NCBI GenBank assembly: GCA_051861045.1
Contig: JBHYDI010000007.1
Location: 87,722 to 151,721, forward strand
Direction of reading: 5' to 3'
DNA: 64,000 nt
Origin: Allorhizobium sp.
GTDB lineage: Bacteria > Pseudomonadota > Alphaproteobacteria > Rhizobiales > Rhizobiaceae
Within the stretch, counting starts at the first letter, position 1. Each line of letters starts with the position of its first letter. The notes below the pieces were generated by a model. The model saw only the letters and a list, made by a program, of their open reading frames with translations, searched no databases and was not told the origin of the DNA. The position numbers were made by a program, and so were the translations under genes. This document shows, piece by piece, positions 1-10,400 of this stretch.

Positions 1-1
1 T

Positions 2-301
2 GACGTGACGGAAAAGCTCCTGAAGCGCACCGGCATGAAGATCTCCGACTTCGACCTGTTCGAACTCAACGAAGCCTTCGCCGCCGTCGTCCTGCGCTTC
101 ATGCAGCATTTCAACGTCGATCATTCGAAGATGAACGTCGCCGGCGGTGCAATCGCCATGGGCCATCCACTCGGTGCCACCGGCGCGATGATCCTCGGCA
201 CGGTGCTCGACGAGCTGGAACGCCGCGATCTGAACACCGCGTTGGTCACGCTCTGCATCGGTGCGGGCATGGGCACGGCGACGGTGATCGAGCGCGTTTG
301 A
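2..301 (+). CDS. fadA: acetyl-CoA C-acyltransferase (thiolase), C-terminal fragment, 5' end outside window
   Basis: Thiolase C-terminal motifs [13 protein letters not shown] and CIGAGMG; directly upstream of the beta-oxidation multifunctional enzyme. Confidence 0.9.
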   Translation, partial: DVTEKLLKRTGMKISDFDLFELNEAFAAVVLRFMQHFNVDHSKMNVAGGAIAMGHPLGATGAMILGTVLDELERRDLNTALVTLCIGAGMGTATVIERV

Positions 302-311
302 TGGGGTCTAA

Positions 312-399
312 CCCTCCCCCTTGTGGGGAGGGTGGCCGGCAGGCGGGAGGGGTCTTTGCACCAAGTCCCCTCCCCAACCCCTCCCCACAAGGGGGAGGG
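312..399. repeat. REP/MITE-like palindromic intergenic element
   Basis: Perfect 21-bp inverted repeat ccctcccccttgtggggaggg (312-332) / ccctccccacaagggggaggg (379-399); each arm is itself a hairpin. Confidence 0.8.
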
Positions 400-474
400 G
401 CTTAACCCCGCCAGATCGCACCCAACGCGGAGCGGCGGCGACATCGGCGAATTCAAGGGAAGAGGAATCCCATC

Positions 475-2688
475 ATGACCTACAAGAACTTCACCATCGA
501 GACCGACGCAGACGGCATTGCCCTCGTCACCTGGGACATGCCCGACAAGTCGATGAACGTCTTCACCGTCGAAGTCATGGACGAGATCGAGAAGATCCTC
601 GAACAGACCGTTGCCGATGACGGCGTCAAGGGCGTGGTCTTCACCTCCGGCAAGTCCTCCTTCTCCGGTGGCGCCGACCTCACCATGATCAAGGGCATGT
701 TCGAGACGATCGCTGCCGAGCGGATCAAGGATCCGGCCTCCGCCATGCAGAAGATCTTCGACGCCGTCGGTCGTATGACCTGGCTCTGGCGCAAGATCGA
801 GACCAACGGCAAGCCCTGGGTCTCCGCCATCAACGGCACCTGCATGGGTGGCGCGACCGAGCTGTCGCTCGCCTGCCATGGCCGTGTGGCCTCGAACGCC
901 AAGTCGGTGAAGATCGGCCTGCCTGAAGTCAAGGTCGGCATTTTCCCCGGCGCCGGCGGCACGCAGCGCGTCGCACGTCTCGCCAACACGCAGGATGCCC
1001 TGCAGATGATGACCACGGGCCAGACGCTCACTGCTGCCCGCGCGAAGGCGATGAACCTCGTGCATCAGGTCGTCGAGCCGGGTGAACTCGTCAATGCCGC
1101 CAAGCAGATGATCAAGGACGGTTTGAAGCCGGTCGCCCCCTGGGATGAAAAGGGCTTCAAGGTTCCAGGCGGCGGCATCTGGACGCCGGCTGCCGCCCAG
1201 CTCTGGCCGGCAGCCTCCGCCATCCTGCGCCGCGAAACCGCTGGCAACTATCCGGCGGCACTCGCCATCCTGAAATGCGTCTATGAAGGCCTGCAGGTTC
1301 CCTTCGATACGGGCCTGAAGATCGAGCAGCGCTACTTCACCGAGATCCTGCAGACCACCGAGGCCTTCTCGATGATCCGCTCGCTCTTCGTCTCTATGCA
1401 GGAGCTCAACAAGGGCGCGCGTCGCCCGGCCGGTCAGCCGAAGTCCGAGATCAAGAAGGTCGGCGTCGTTGGCGCAGGCTTCATGGGCGCTTCGATCGCC
1501 TATGTGACGGCAGCAGCCGGCATCAATGTCGTGCTGATCGACCGCGACATGGACGCCGCTGGCAAGGGCAAGACCCATTCCGAAGGCCTCGTTGCCGGGG
1601 CTGTCGGTAAGGGCAAGCTCACCAAGGACGAGGGCGACAAGCTGCTGTCGCTGATCACCCCGTCCGACGATTACGGCACGCTGGCTGACGCCGACCTCGT
1701 GATCGAGGCCGTCTTCGAAGACCGTGACGTCAAGAAGGCAGTCATCGAAAAGGTCGAGGCCGTGCTGCCGGAAGGCGCGATCTTCGCCTCCAACACCTCG
1801 ACCCTGCCGATCACCGGTCTCGCCGGAAACTCCAAGCGCCCCGTCGATTTCATCGGCATCCACTTCTTCTCGCCGGTCGAGAAGATGATGCTGACCGAAG
1901 TCATCCTCGGCAAGGAAACCGGCGACAAGGCACTGGCCGTGGCCCTCGACTATGTCGCCGCGATCAAGAAGACGCCGATCGTTGTGAACGACACCCGCGG
2001 CTTCTTCGTCAACCGCTGCGTCCTGCGTTACATGTCTGAGAGCTACAACATGCTCATCGAAGGCGTGCCGCCGGTCATGATCGAGAATGCCGCGAAGTTC
2101 GCCGGCATGCCGGTCGGCCCGCTCGCCCTGAACGACGAAGTGGCGATCGATCTGTCCTACAAGATCCTGAAAGCCACCGTCGCCGATCTCGGCGAAAAGG
2201 CGATCGACCCGCGCCACATGGAGCTGGTCGCCCGCATGGTCGAGAAGGAAGAGCGCTTCGGCCGCAAGAACGGCAAGGGCTTCTACGACTATCCGGCGAA
2301 ACCCGCGAAGAAGCACATCTGGCCGGGCCTGAAGGATCTCCATCCGCAGCTGAAGCCGGACGATGTCAACGTCAAGACGCTCCAGGAACGTTTCCTGGCG
2401 ACCATCGCGCTGGAAGCTGCCCGCACTGTCGAGGAAGGCATCGTCACCGATCCGCGCGAAGCCGATGTCGGCTCGATCCTCGGCTTCGGCTTTGCACCCT
2501 ACACCGGCGGTGCCCTGTCCTACATCGACGGGATGGGCGTGAAGACCTTCGTCGAGCTCTGCGAACGCCTCGCCAAAGATTACGGCGCTCACTTCACCCC
2601 GACGCCGCTGCTCAAGGACATGGCCGCCAAGGGCGAAACCTTCTACGGACGGTTTGATCCCTACGGTGAAGCCGCAAAGGCTGCTTGA
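475..2688 (+). CDS. fadB: fatty-acid oxidation complex alpha subunit (enoyl-CoA hydratase / 3-hydroxyacyl-CoA dehydrogenase), FadB/FadJ type
   Basis: N-terminal crotonase domain ([18 protein letters not shown]), Rossmann GAGFMG, FASNTST, HFFSPV; 737 aa. Confidence 0.95.
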   Translation: MTYKNFTIETDADGIALVTWDMPDKSMNVFTVEVMDEIEKILEQTVADDGVKGVVFTSGKSSFSGGADLTMIKGMFETIAAERIKDPASAMQKIFDAVGRMTWLWRKIETNGKPWVSAINGTCMGGATELSLACHGRVASNAKSVKIGLPEVKVGIFPGAGGTQRVARLANTQDALQMMTTGQTLTAARAKAMNLVHQVVEPGELVNAAKQMIKDGLKPVAPWDEKGFKVPGGGIWTPAAAQLWPAASAILRRETAGNYPAALAILKCVYEGLQVPFDTGLKIEQRYFTEILQTTEAFSMIRSLFVSMQELNKGARRPAGQPKSEIKKVGVVGAGFMGASIAYVTAAAGINVVLIDRDMDAAGKGKTHSEGLVAGAVGKGKLTKDEGDKLLSLITPSDDYGTLADADLVIEAVFEDRDVKKAVIEKVEAVLPEGAIFASNTSTLPITGLAGNSKRPVDFIGIHFFSPVEKMMLTEVILGKETGDKALAVALDYVAAIKKTPIVVNDTRGFFVNRCVLRYMSESYNMLIEGVPPVMIENAAKFAGMPVGPLALNDEVAIDLSYKILKATVADLGEKAIDPRHMELVARMVEKEERFGRKNGKGFYDYPAKPAKKHIWPGLKDLHPQLKPDDVNVKTLQERFLATIALEAARTVEEGIVTDPREADVGSILGFGFAPYTGGALSYIDGMGVKTFVELCERLAKDYGAHFTPTPLLKDMAAKGETFYGRFDPYGEAAKAA

Positions 2689-2723
2689 GGGAAGTCAGCG
2701 ACGGTGCCACTTGCGCCAACTCT

Positions 2724-2901
2724 ATCTCCCCCTTGGCGGGGGAGAATGGAATTTCAGCTCTTAGCGCAGCTAAGTGCTAGAAATTCCAAGAGGGGGGATG
2801 ACAGTGAAGCACGAACGGAGCCCCTCTCTTGTGAAATCTGAGGCTTGGCCCTCAGCGGGCCAATTCCTCGATTTCACTTTCTCCCCCGCAAGGGGGGAGA
2901 T
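2724..2901. repeat. REP/MITE-like palindromic element with nested hairpins
   Basis: Near-perfect terminal IRs tctcccccttggcgggggaga / tctcccccgcaaggggggaga; internal stems ggaatttc..gaaattcc and gtgaaatc..gatttcac; lies between convergent genes. Confidence 0.75.
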
Positions 2902-2908
2902 GAAAGCC

Positions 2909-3940
2909 TCAGTTTGTCAATTCATACGACCGGCGCAAGCCTTCGCGCTCAAGCCAGGCGATAACCGCGTCCGGCTCATCCGTCTGGATGATCGTCACAC
3001 CGCGCTCGACGAAGAAACCCCAGACATCCTCAGGCCGTCCGGTGGACAATGCGAGGTAATCGCCGCGCCCACCGGCGACCATGCCCTCGGGCCGATCGGT
3101 GATCGGGTAGGTATTGATCCACAGATGCGCGTCGTTGCGGATCGAAGCTGCGCGGGAAAGCGGCGAGAGCAGCGGGCCGCCATCCGCAGTGATGGGCTTC
3201 GATGCATCCCGATACCAGTGGACGAGTTCTGCTGCCGGTGCACCGAGTGCCGACTGCGTGCGGTCGATGAAGGCCGGTTCTGTCACCGCGTCGTCGGCGA
3301 GGATCGGCATGAAGGCGATCTCGGGGCCGATCGCGCGGCGGATGTCGCGGGCGAGCTGCAGCCGGTCGGCATTCCAGACCGCGAGCTTGAGCAGCACGCC
3401 ATCCGGCATGCCAAGGCTGCGCGCAAGATCGGCGACTTCGACCAGGGCTTCGGGCTCAAGCTTGTTGTCGATGTTGATGAGGATGCGGCCACGTGCGTGC
3501 AGCATGGCTTCTTCGAGTGTGAAAACATGCTCGTCGGTTAGCACCCGCTGACCTTCCACAACCAGCCGGCAAGGCCTGAGTTCAGCTAGCGTATGCTCTG
3601 CCACCTTGCCCCGACAGGTCGTGGTGCGGTCCAGCGTCTCGTCATGCATGATCACAAGCACACCGTCCTTCGAACGGCGCACATCAAGCTCGACCATCTC
3701 CACGCCGGTGGAAGCCGCATGATCGATGGCTGCGAACGAATTCTCGGCCCGGACGGTCATGCCATCCTTCTTCCAGCCCGCCCGATGAGCCACGACCATG
3801 ACATGATCACGGTTGAGATTGGCCTGGGTCAGCCGTTCGTGGATGAGAGCCGCCCGGTTGGATGGCGGAATGGGCGCCAGGCTCGCGGCCCCGGTGACGA
3901 GGGAGAGCAAAAGGCCAAGGACGAGAACGGCGAGACGCAT
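2909..3940 (-). CDS. secreted glycerophosphodiester phosphodiesterase family protein
   Basis: Signal peptide MRLAVLVLGLLLSLVTGAAS; GDPD motifs VAHRAGW, AENS, ELDV, MHD, IQTDEP. Start set at ATG 3940; the ORF track extends to 4192. Confidence 0.85.
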   Translation of the reverse strand: MRLAVLVLGLLLSLVTGAASLAPIPPSNRAALIHERLTQANLNRDHVMVVAHRAGWKKDGMTVRAENSFAAIDHAASTGVEMVELDVRRSKDGVLVIMHDETLDRTTTCRGKVAEHTLAELRPCRLVVEGQRVLTDEHVFTLEEAMLHARGRILINIDNKLEPEALVEVADLARSLGMPDGVLLKLAVWNADRLQLARDIRRAIGPEIAFMPILADDAVTEPAFIDRTQSALGAPAAELVHWYRDASKPITADGGPLLSPLSRAASIRNDAHLWINTYPITDRPEGMVAGGRGDYLALSTGRPEDVWGFFVERGVTIIQTDEPDAVIAWLEREGLRRSYELTN

Positions 3941-4097
3941 GAGCAGGGCTCCGATCTTCAATGTCGTTCCCGTCGCATTAGGTGCTTCGAGTGAAGCCGC
4001 CGTGACGGTTTTCTGAAGCCTCTGTGACAACGGAAAATGGAACAGGCTGGCAGCGATGCCGTTGAGACGTGCGGAAACAAGCATAAGGGAGACGCGC

Positions 4098-5813
4098 ATG
4101 ACGACTGCGAACGGCATACCGGACGGCCTGAGAGCCATCGACGTCGAGCTTCCCGTCAATGCGGTGTTGCATCTCTGGCTGAAGGCGGTCACGTCGGATG
4201 AACCGGGGTCCGTTTCCCTTTACAGCGTCAACGGCAAGTTCGGTGAGGTCCAGGCGGTCAATGCCGAGGAGAATTCCTTCCGGATCTACCACGTCTTCGG
4301 TGGCGGCACGGTGACGCTCGCCTACGACATGGCTGTGACCTCAGTTTCGGTCGCCTACTGGTTCACGCCATCCGACGTTCTGGAAACCGGCATCACGGTT
4401 ATCCACACCAACCCTGCCAACGAGCCGCCGAATCTACCGGACTGCTACCATTTCCGCCCGCCTTTCGGCTGGATGAACGATCCCAATGGCTTCGGTCGCT
4501 TCGGCGGCCGCCCGCATCTGTTCTACCAGCATTATTCGCATGGCCGGATCTGGAACAACATGCATTGGGGCCATGCCGTTTCATCGGACTATCTGCGCTG
4601 GCGCCATCTGCCGGTTTTCCTCTTCCCCTCGGAGGAGCTGACGGTGCGGCCCGACAAGCGCGGCGGCGCCTTCTCCGGCTCTGCGATCGCGCGCACCGAC
4701 GGTCCAGGTATCCGCGTCTTCTTCACCGAAAAGATTGCCGACCGCATTCCCGAACAGGAAATCCAGCTGACGGCGACCTCCACGGACCTCTTCAGTGCAG
4801 GAGCGGCCGAAGTCCTTCTTCCCCGACGACCGGATGGCGAAGGCCTCACCTTCGACTTCCGCGACCCCTATGTCTTCCGGGGACCTGACGGTCTCTGGAA
4901 AATGCTGCTCGGGAGCCAGAGTGCCGGGGGCGGTGTCGTCCTGCTCTACGAGACCGAGGACAATACGGCGGCAGATGGCTGGACCTATGTCGGCAAACTC
5001 TACACCGAGACCCGATATCAGACCTCGGCGCTCGAATGCCCCTGCCTCTTGCCGATGGACGGGGACCATCGGGACCCCGCGACCCGCTGGGCGCTGATCT
5101 ACGGATTGATGAATGGCGAGGACAAGGAGACCGGCAGGCGCAACCTGACCATGATCGATATCGGCTGGTTTGATGGACGAAGCTTTGCCAAGTCCTTTGG
5201 CAGAGAGCTCGATTTCGGCACCGACAATTATGCCTTCCAGGCCTTCGTCGATGGCAATACTCCAGTCGGTATTGGCTGGCTGGGCAACTGGGCAGACACT
5301 GGCCCCAGTATCGATTTTCCCTCCGCCATGACCTTGCCGCGGACGCTGACGCTGGAAGGTGACACGCTGCTCACGCCGCCGATCGGAGCGGCGGAAAGCC
5401 TGCGCGCCCGCATGCTGGACCGCACAAGGCTGGCGGCGGGACCGATCGTCTCGCTGCCGAATGGGGCGGCCGAGATCACGTTTGATCTCTCGGAGGCAGG
5501 CGGTGCATTCCGCCTGGAGTTCGATCATCCCGAAATCCGCCTCGCCATCGCCCAGCACGAAGAGGGATTGGAAATCCTGCATGGCTATCTCGACCGTCCG
5601 GAGGAGCCGCCGGGGCCGCGCTATCTGTCTCGTGCCGCAAACGTCCGGCGCCTGCGCATATTCCTCGATTACGGATCCCTGGAGGTCTTCGCCGATGGAG
5701 GCCGGATCGCCGGCACCAAGCGAATTGCAGGTTTCGAGCCCGTTCGGTCCATAAGGCTGATCGCCGAGCCGGGCGTTGTCAGCAACGCGACCATCTGGTC
5801 CCTCAGGCTCTGA
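4098..5813 (+). CDS. glycoside hydrolase family 32 (beta-fructofuranosidase / sucrose-6-phosphate hydrolase-like) with extra N-terminal domain
   Basis: Catalytic motifs WMNDPNG, FRDP and ECP, plus the C-terminal beta-sandwich SLEVF; RBS aaggga before ATG 4098; no signal peptide. Confidence 0.92.
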   Translation: MTTANGIPDGLRAIDVELPVNAVLHLWLKAVTSDEPGSVSLYSVNGKFGEVQAVNAEENSFRIYHVFGGGTVTLAYDMAVTSVSVAYWFTPSDVLETGITVIHTNPANEPPNLPDCYHFRPPFGWMNDPNGFGRFGGRPHLFYQHYSHGRIWNNMHWGHAVSSDYLRWRHLPVFLFPSEELTVRPDKRGGAFSGSAIARTDGPGIRVFFTEKIADRIPEQEIQLTATSTDLFSAGAAEVLLPRRPDGEGLTFDFRDPYVFRGPDGLWKMLLGSQSAGGGVVLLYETEDNTAADGWTYVGKLYTETRYQTSALECPCLLPMDGDHRDPATRWALIYGLMNGEDKETGRRNLTMIDIGWFDGRSFAKSFGRELDFGTDNYAFQAFVDGNTPVGIGWLGNWADTGPSIDFPSAMTLPRTLTLEGDTLLTPPIGAAESLRARMLDRTRLAAGPIVSLPNGAAEITFDLSEAGGAFRLEFDHPEIRLAIAQHEEGLEILHGYLDRPEEPPGPRYLSRAANVRRLRIFLDYGSLEVFADGGRIAGTKRIAGFEPVRSIRLIAEPGVVSNATIWSLRL

Positions 5814-5889
5814 GTTCATCCGGTTGACCTCTGTCATTTGCCTGTCAACGAGCCGGGATTAGGGTCACGGCGAGATCCACACAGGGCCG

Positions 5890-7371
5890 ATGATGATCAT
5901 GAGAGAGACCGCGGACGCTTCAACCCGGGCAGCCGAAATCCATGCCGAGATGATGGCACTTCGACAGGCGATCCTGACCGAAGCCGCTCAGTCCGTCACC
6001 GCCGGGCAAACCGACGATCCGGCCATCACCAATCTCGGCCACTATCTCGCTTTGCGTCGCCAGGACATACGCTCCCTGCAGCGCCGGCTGATGGCACTCG
6101 GCCTTTCCTCGATGGGGCGCCTTGAAGGCCGGGTGCTGCCCACGATCGATGCGGTTCTATCTGCCCTGTCTTGCCTCGCAGACAGTACCGAAAATGCCCC
6201 TGCAATGCCGTTGGAGGCAGACTTCTTTGCCGGCGAAGCGAGACTGGAGGCCGCAAGCCTCGCCCTGTTCGGTGCCCCGCCAGCCGGGCGCCGCACACGC
6301 ATCATGGTCACGTTGCCCAGCCAGGCGGCTGACGGCCCCGACCTCACGCTTGATCTTGCCCGTGCTGGCATGGATGTGGCGCGCATCAACTGCGCCCATG
6401 ACGGTCCTGAAGCCTGGCGTGCGATGACCGCTTTCGTGCGTGATGCGGCAGCTGTTGTCGGTCGCGACATCAAGGTGCTGATGGATATTGCAGGTCCCAA
6501 GATCCGGACCGGCGCGGTTGCCTCCGTCGAAAAGAAGGCCCGGCTGCAGGCGGGAGACCGCGTCCGACTGGTCGCGTCGGGCGCGCCGCGCGTCGATGAA
6601 CGCATCTCCTTCTCTGCGGCCGTCTCACTGCCTGAAATGGTCACCCGGCTTTCTGTCGGGGATCGGCTGCGCTACGACGACGGCAAGCTCGAAGCCGTGG
6701 TGGAAAGCCTGGCCGAGGGCGAGGCGGTCATCCTGATCCGGCGGACGAAGTCCGGTGGCACCAAGCTGAAACCCGAAAAGGGCATCAACTTGCCCGATAC
6801 CGCCCTTGGTCTGTCACCGCTCACGGCAAAAGACGAGACCGATCTCGTCACCGTCATCGAATGCGCCGATCTGATTGGCTACTCCTTCGTCAGTCGCCCT
6901 GAGGACATCGATCTCCTCGACACCGTGCTTGCCCGACATGGCTTGCAGGATCGGCCTCTCGGTCTGATCGCCAAGATCGAGCAGCCGCTCGCGCTCACCA
7001 ACCTTCCGGAGCTGATGGCAAGAGCTCGCAGACGCGGCCCCTTCGGTGTCATGATCGCCCGTGGCGATCTCGCCGCCGAAATCGGCTTCGAGCGGCTGGC
7101 GGAGATGCAGGAAGAAATCCTCTGGATCTGCGAGGCGGCATCCGTTCCCTGCATCTGGGCCACACAGGTGCTCGAGGACATGGTCAAGGAAGGCATCCCG
7201 ACGCGCGGTGAGATGACCGATGCAGCCATGGCCGCGCGCGCCGAATGTGTGATGCTCAACAAGGGCCCGGCCGTGGTCGAGGCAGTCTCCCTGCTCGACC
7301 GCCTCATGGGGCGGATGAACGACCACATGTTCAAGAAGACACCGACCTTGCGCGCGCTGAAGAGCTGGTGA
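5890..7371 (+). CDS. pyk: pyruvate kinase family protein lacking the C-terminal regulatory domain
   Basis: DVARIN, DIAGPKIRTG, KGINLP, SFV, IAKIE, MIARGDL, ATQVLE, PTRGE; ends shortly after the barrel. Confidence 0.8.
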   Translation: MMIMRETADASTRAAEIHAEMMALRQAILTEAAQSVTAGQTDDPAITNLGHYLALRRQDIRSLQRRLMALGLSSMGRLEGRVLPTIDAVLSALSCLADSTENAPAMPLEADFFAGEARLEAASLALFGAPPAGRRTRIMVTLPSQAADGPDLTLDLARAGMDVARINCAHDGPEAWRAMTAFVRDAAAVVGRDIKVLMDIAGPKIRTGAVASVEKKARLQAGDRVRLVASGAPRVDERISFSAAVSLPEMVTRLSVGDRLRYDDGKLEAVVESLAEGEAVILIRRTKSGGTKLKPEKGINLPDTALGLSPLTAKDETDLVTVIECADLIGYSFVSRPEDIDLLDTVLARHGLQDRPLGLIAKIEQPLALTNLPELMARARRRGPFGVMIARGDLAAEIGFERLAEMQEEILWICEAASVPCIWATQVLEDMVKEGIPTRGEMTDAAMAARAECVMLNKGPAVVEAVSLLDRLMGRMNDHMFKKTPTLRALKSW

Positions 7372-7407
7372 GAGCGGCCGGAGCTTAGGCAGCGCTCAGG
7401 TCACCCC

Positions 7408-10400
7408 TCACTCCGCGGCAGCGCGGCGCTGAGAGGAAACCTGTGTGATGAAGGCGCGCAAGGCTGCAGGCCTTACCGGCTTGTGCTGAAGCGTGATCGA
7501 ATGCCGTTCGGCCTCTGCCCGCACTTCTGCCGAGCGGTCGGCAGTGATCAGCAGCGCCGGCACGTCGGACTGGGTGAGCGCCCGAAGCCGCAGGATCGCG
7601 CCGGTGCCGCTGCCGTCTCCGAGATGGTAGTCGGCAATGACGAGATCCGGCGGGTCGCCCGCTCTCAGAAGCTCGTCCATTTCCGCAATCGACCCTGCGC
7701 ATTCGACATTGCAGCCCCAACCCGAAATGAGGAGCTGCATGCCTTCGAGGATCTTTGGCTCGTTGTCGATGCACAGCACCCGGAAGCCCTGGAGTGTCGG
7801 CGTGGAGCGACTGCCGGCATCGAGGGGTATGACGCCCTTCGCAGCCGGTTTGGCGATATCGAGTGGCATCACGACCTTGAAGGTCGTGCCCTTGCCGGGC
7901 TTGGAGGCGAGCTCCACCGGGTGCTGCAGAACCTTTGCGATGCGGTCCACGATCGACAGACCGAGGCCCAGGCCAGAAGCGGTCCGCATACCCTCCTCGA
8001 GACGGGCGAATTCCTTGAACACGGTCCGGAATTTGGACGCGGGAATCCCGATGCCGGAGTCCGTCACCTGGATCAGCACCTTGTCGCCTTGACGCCTGGC
8101 GCCGACGACCACGCGGCCGGATGGCGTGTATTTTATCGCGTTGGAGACGAGGTTCTGCACGAGGCGGCGCAAAAGTGTGGGGTCGGAGCGGACCGAAAGC
8201 GTCGTGGGGATGACCACGAGTTTCAAATTCTTCTCCCGCGCCATGGGGGCGAAATCCGTCTCGATACGCTGCAACAGGCTGTTGAGCGGCACGCTGGAGA
8301 AGCGCGGCTTCATGGCGCCCGTGTCGAGCCGCGAAATGTCGAGAACGGCACCGAGAATGCTCTCGACCGATTCCAGCGCGGAATCGATGTTCTCGACCAG
8401 CGCACTGTTTTCCGAATCGCCCAGCCGCTCCACGAGCGAGGAGGAGTAGAGCCGCGCGGCATTAAGCGGCTGCAGAATGTCGTGACCAGCCGCTGCAAAG
8501 AAGCGGGTCTTGCCGATATTCGCCTCGTCGGCCGCCGCGCGGGCTTCTGCGAGCGCATGGTTCACGCGGGTCAGTTCCGCCGTGCGCTCGCTGACGCGCT
8601 GTTCCAGGGTTTCGTTGGCCTGTTTCAGCGCCTGATCGGCTTCCACGCGGGCGGTGATATCGCTGAAGGTGGCGACCAACCCCTTGTCGGGCATCAGGTT
8701 GCAGCGGACTTCGATGATCCGCTTGCCGCCACCCAGCACCATCTGGAACGGCCGGTCGAACTGATGGAAGCTGCGGATCACAGCCTGCGTCTCTCCGGCC
8801 GGCACATCGCCTCTCTGCGCCAGCATCGTGATCATGTCGAGCAGCGGAAAACCGACTTGACCGACATGTTCGGGCAGATCGAGGAGCGTTCGGAAACGGC
8901 GGTTCCAGATCGTCAGCCGGTCGGACGCATCGAAGACGGCGATGCCCTGTTCCATCTGGGCAAGCGCCGTCTGCATCATGTCCTGATTGTATTGCAGCGC
9001 TTCCGAGGCCTGATCGAGCAGCCAGACGGTATCGGCGGATGGATCCTCCGCCTTTTGCAGGATAAGCGATAGCACCAGGCGCGCCGAGGACGAGCCGATG
9101 GCGCTGCCGAGCAGCTGCTCGGAGAAATGGATGAAGGCCATGTCCGCCGGACTGTCATCTGCAAGTTTGCGCCCGACCGTCTGCTCGTAGGACCGGAAGG
9201 ATCGCTCCATGCGCTCGTTGCCGAGATAGCGCGCGATGGCCGCCTTCAGGTCGCCGACGGCGACGCTGGTCTTCCAGCCGCGCGTGGCAAAGTTCGAGCG
9301 CGGCTGGCGCTTGATGAAGATGGCTGACTGGATGCGCTCCACCGGACGCGGGTTGCGGCTGAGCGATCCTATGACGAAGGCGAGCGTATTGATCAGGAGG
9401 CTGAAGATCGTCGCATTGACCAACGGATCCGCATATTGCGGCTCGAACATCGAAAGGCCAGGCAGCAGGAAAGCCAGCACCGATGACGCGATCCAGGAAT
9501 GGTCCTCGGCGCCGAGGCTGGGCAGGAACAGCAGATAGGCCCAGACGAGAAACCCGATGGTGAGGCCTGCAATCGCCCCGCGCGCATTGGCACGCCGCCA
9601 GATCAGCCCGCCGAACATCGCAGGCGCGATCTGCGCGATGGCCGTGAAGGACAGGAGGCCGATCTTGGCAAGGCCGGTCGTGTTGTCGGCGGACCGGAAA
9701 TAAACATAGCCGAGCAGCAAAACGCCGAAGATCGCAGTGCGGCGGATATGCAAGAGCGTCTTGGCAAAATCCTCGCGCTGGCTTGGCCGCTCCAACAGCT
9801 TCTGCCGCAAGAAGATCGGCAGGACCATGTCGTTGGAGACCATGATGGCGAGCGCGACGGAGGCGACAATCACCATGGCGGTCGCTGCCGAAAAGCCGCC
9901 GATGAAGGTCAGCAGAGAAACAAAGCCAGATCCGGCCTCAAGCGGCAGGGACAGGACATAGAGGTCGGCGTCTCCGCTGCCGCCAAAGATGAGAATGCCG
10001 GCGATCGCCGCTGGCAGCACGAAGATGTTGATGGCGATCAGATAGATCGGCATCAGGATGCCGGCGAGCTTCAATTCGCGGGGTGTCCGGTTCTCCACCA
10101 CCGTCACGTGGAACTGGCGTGGCAGCATGATGATGGCGAAGGCCGAGAGCGCGATCAGCAGGATCCAGCGGCTGGCTGGCGTCTCATGCGACAGCGCCGC
10201 CATGACCGCCTCGCTCTCGGTCGCTTTCTGCCAGAGATCGGCGGGGCCGTCGAACATGGTCCAGATGACGAAAACGCCGAGTGTCCAGAAGGCGACGAGC
10301 TTGACGACGGATTCCATCGCGATGGCAAGGATCAGGCCGTCCTGATGCTCGGTGGCATCGGTATGTCGGGTGCCGAAGATCACGGCAAAGCAGGCGAGGA

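Noticed and set aside
121-2592. 823-aa minus-strand ORF, and similar long antisense ORFs (7483-9072, 9499-10887, 14577-16094, 20968-23049, 26648-28546, 40299-41990)
   Set aside because: They shadow well-supported genes on the other strand, have no motifs, and are expected from high-GC codon bias.
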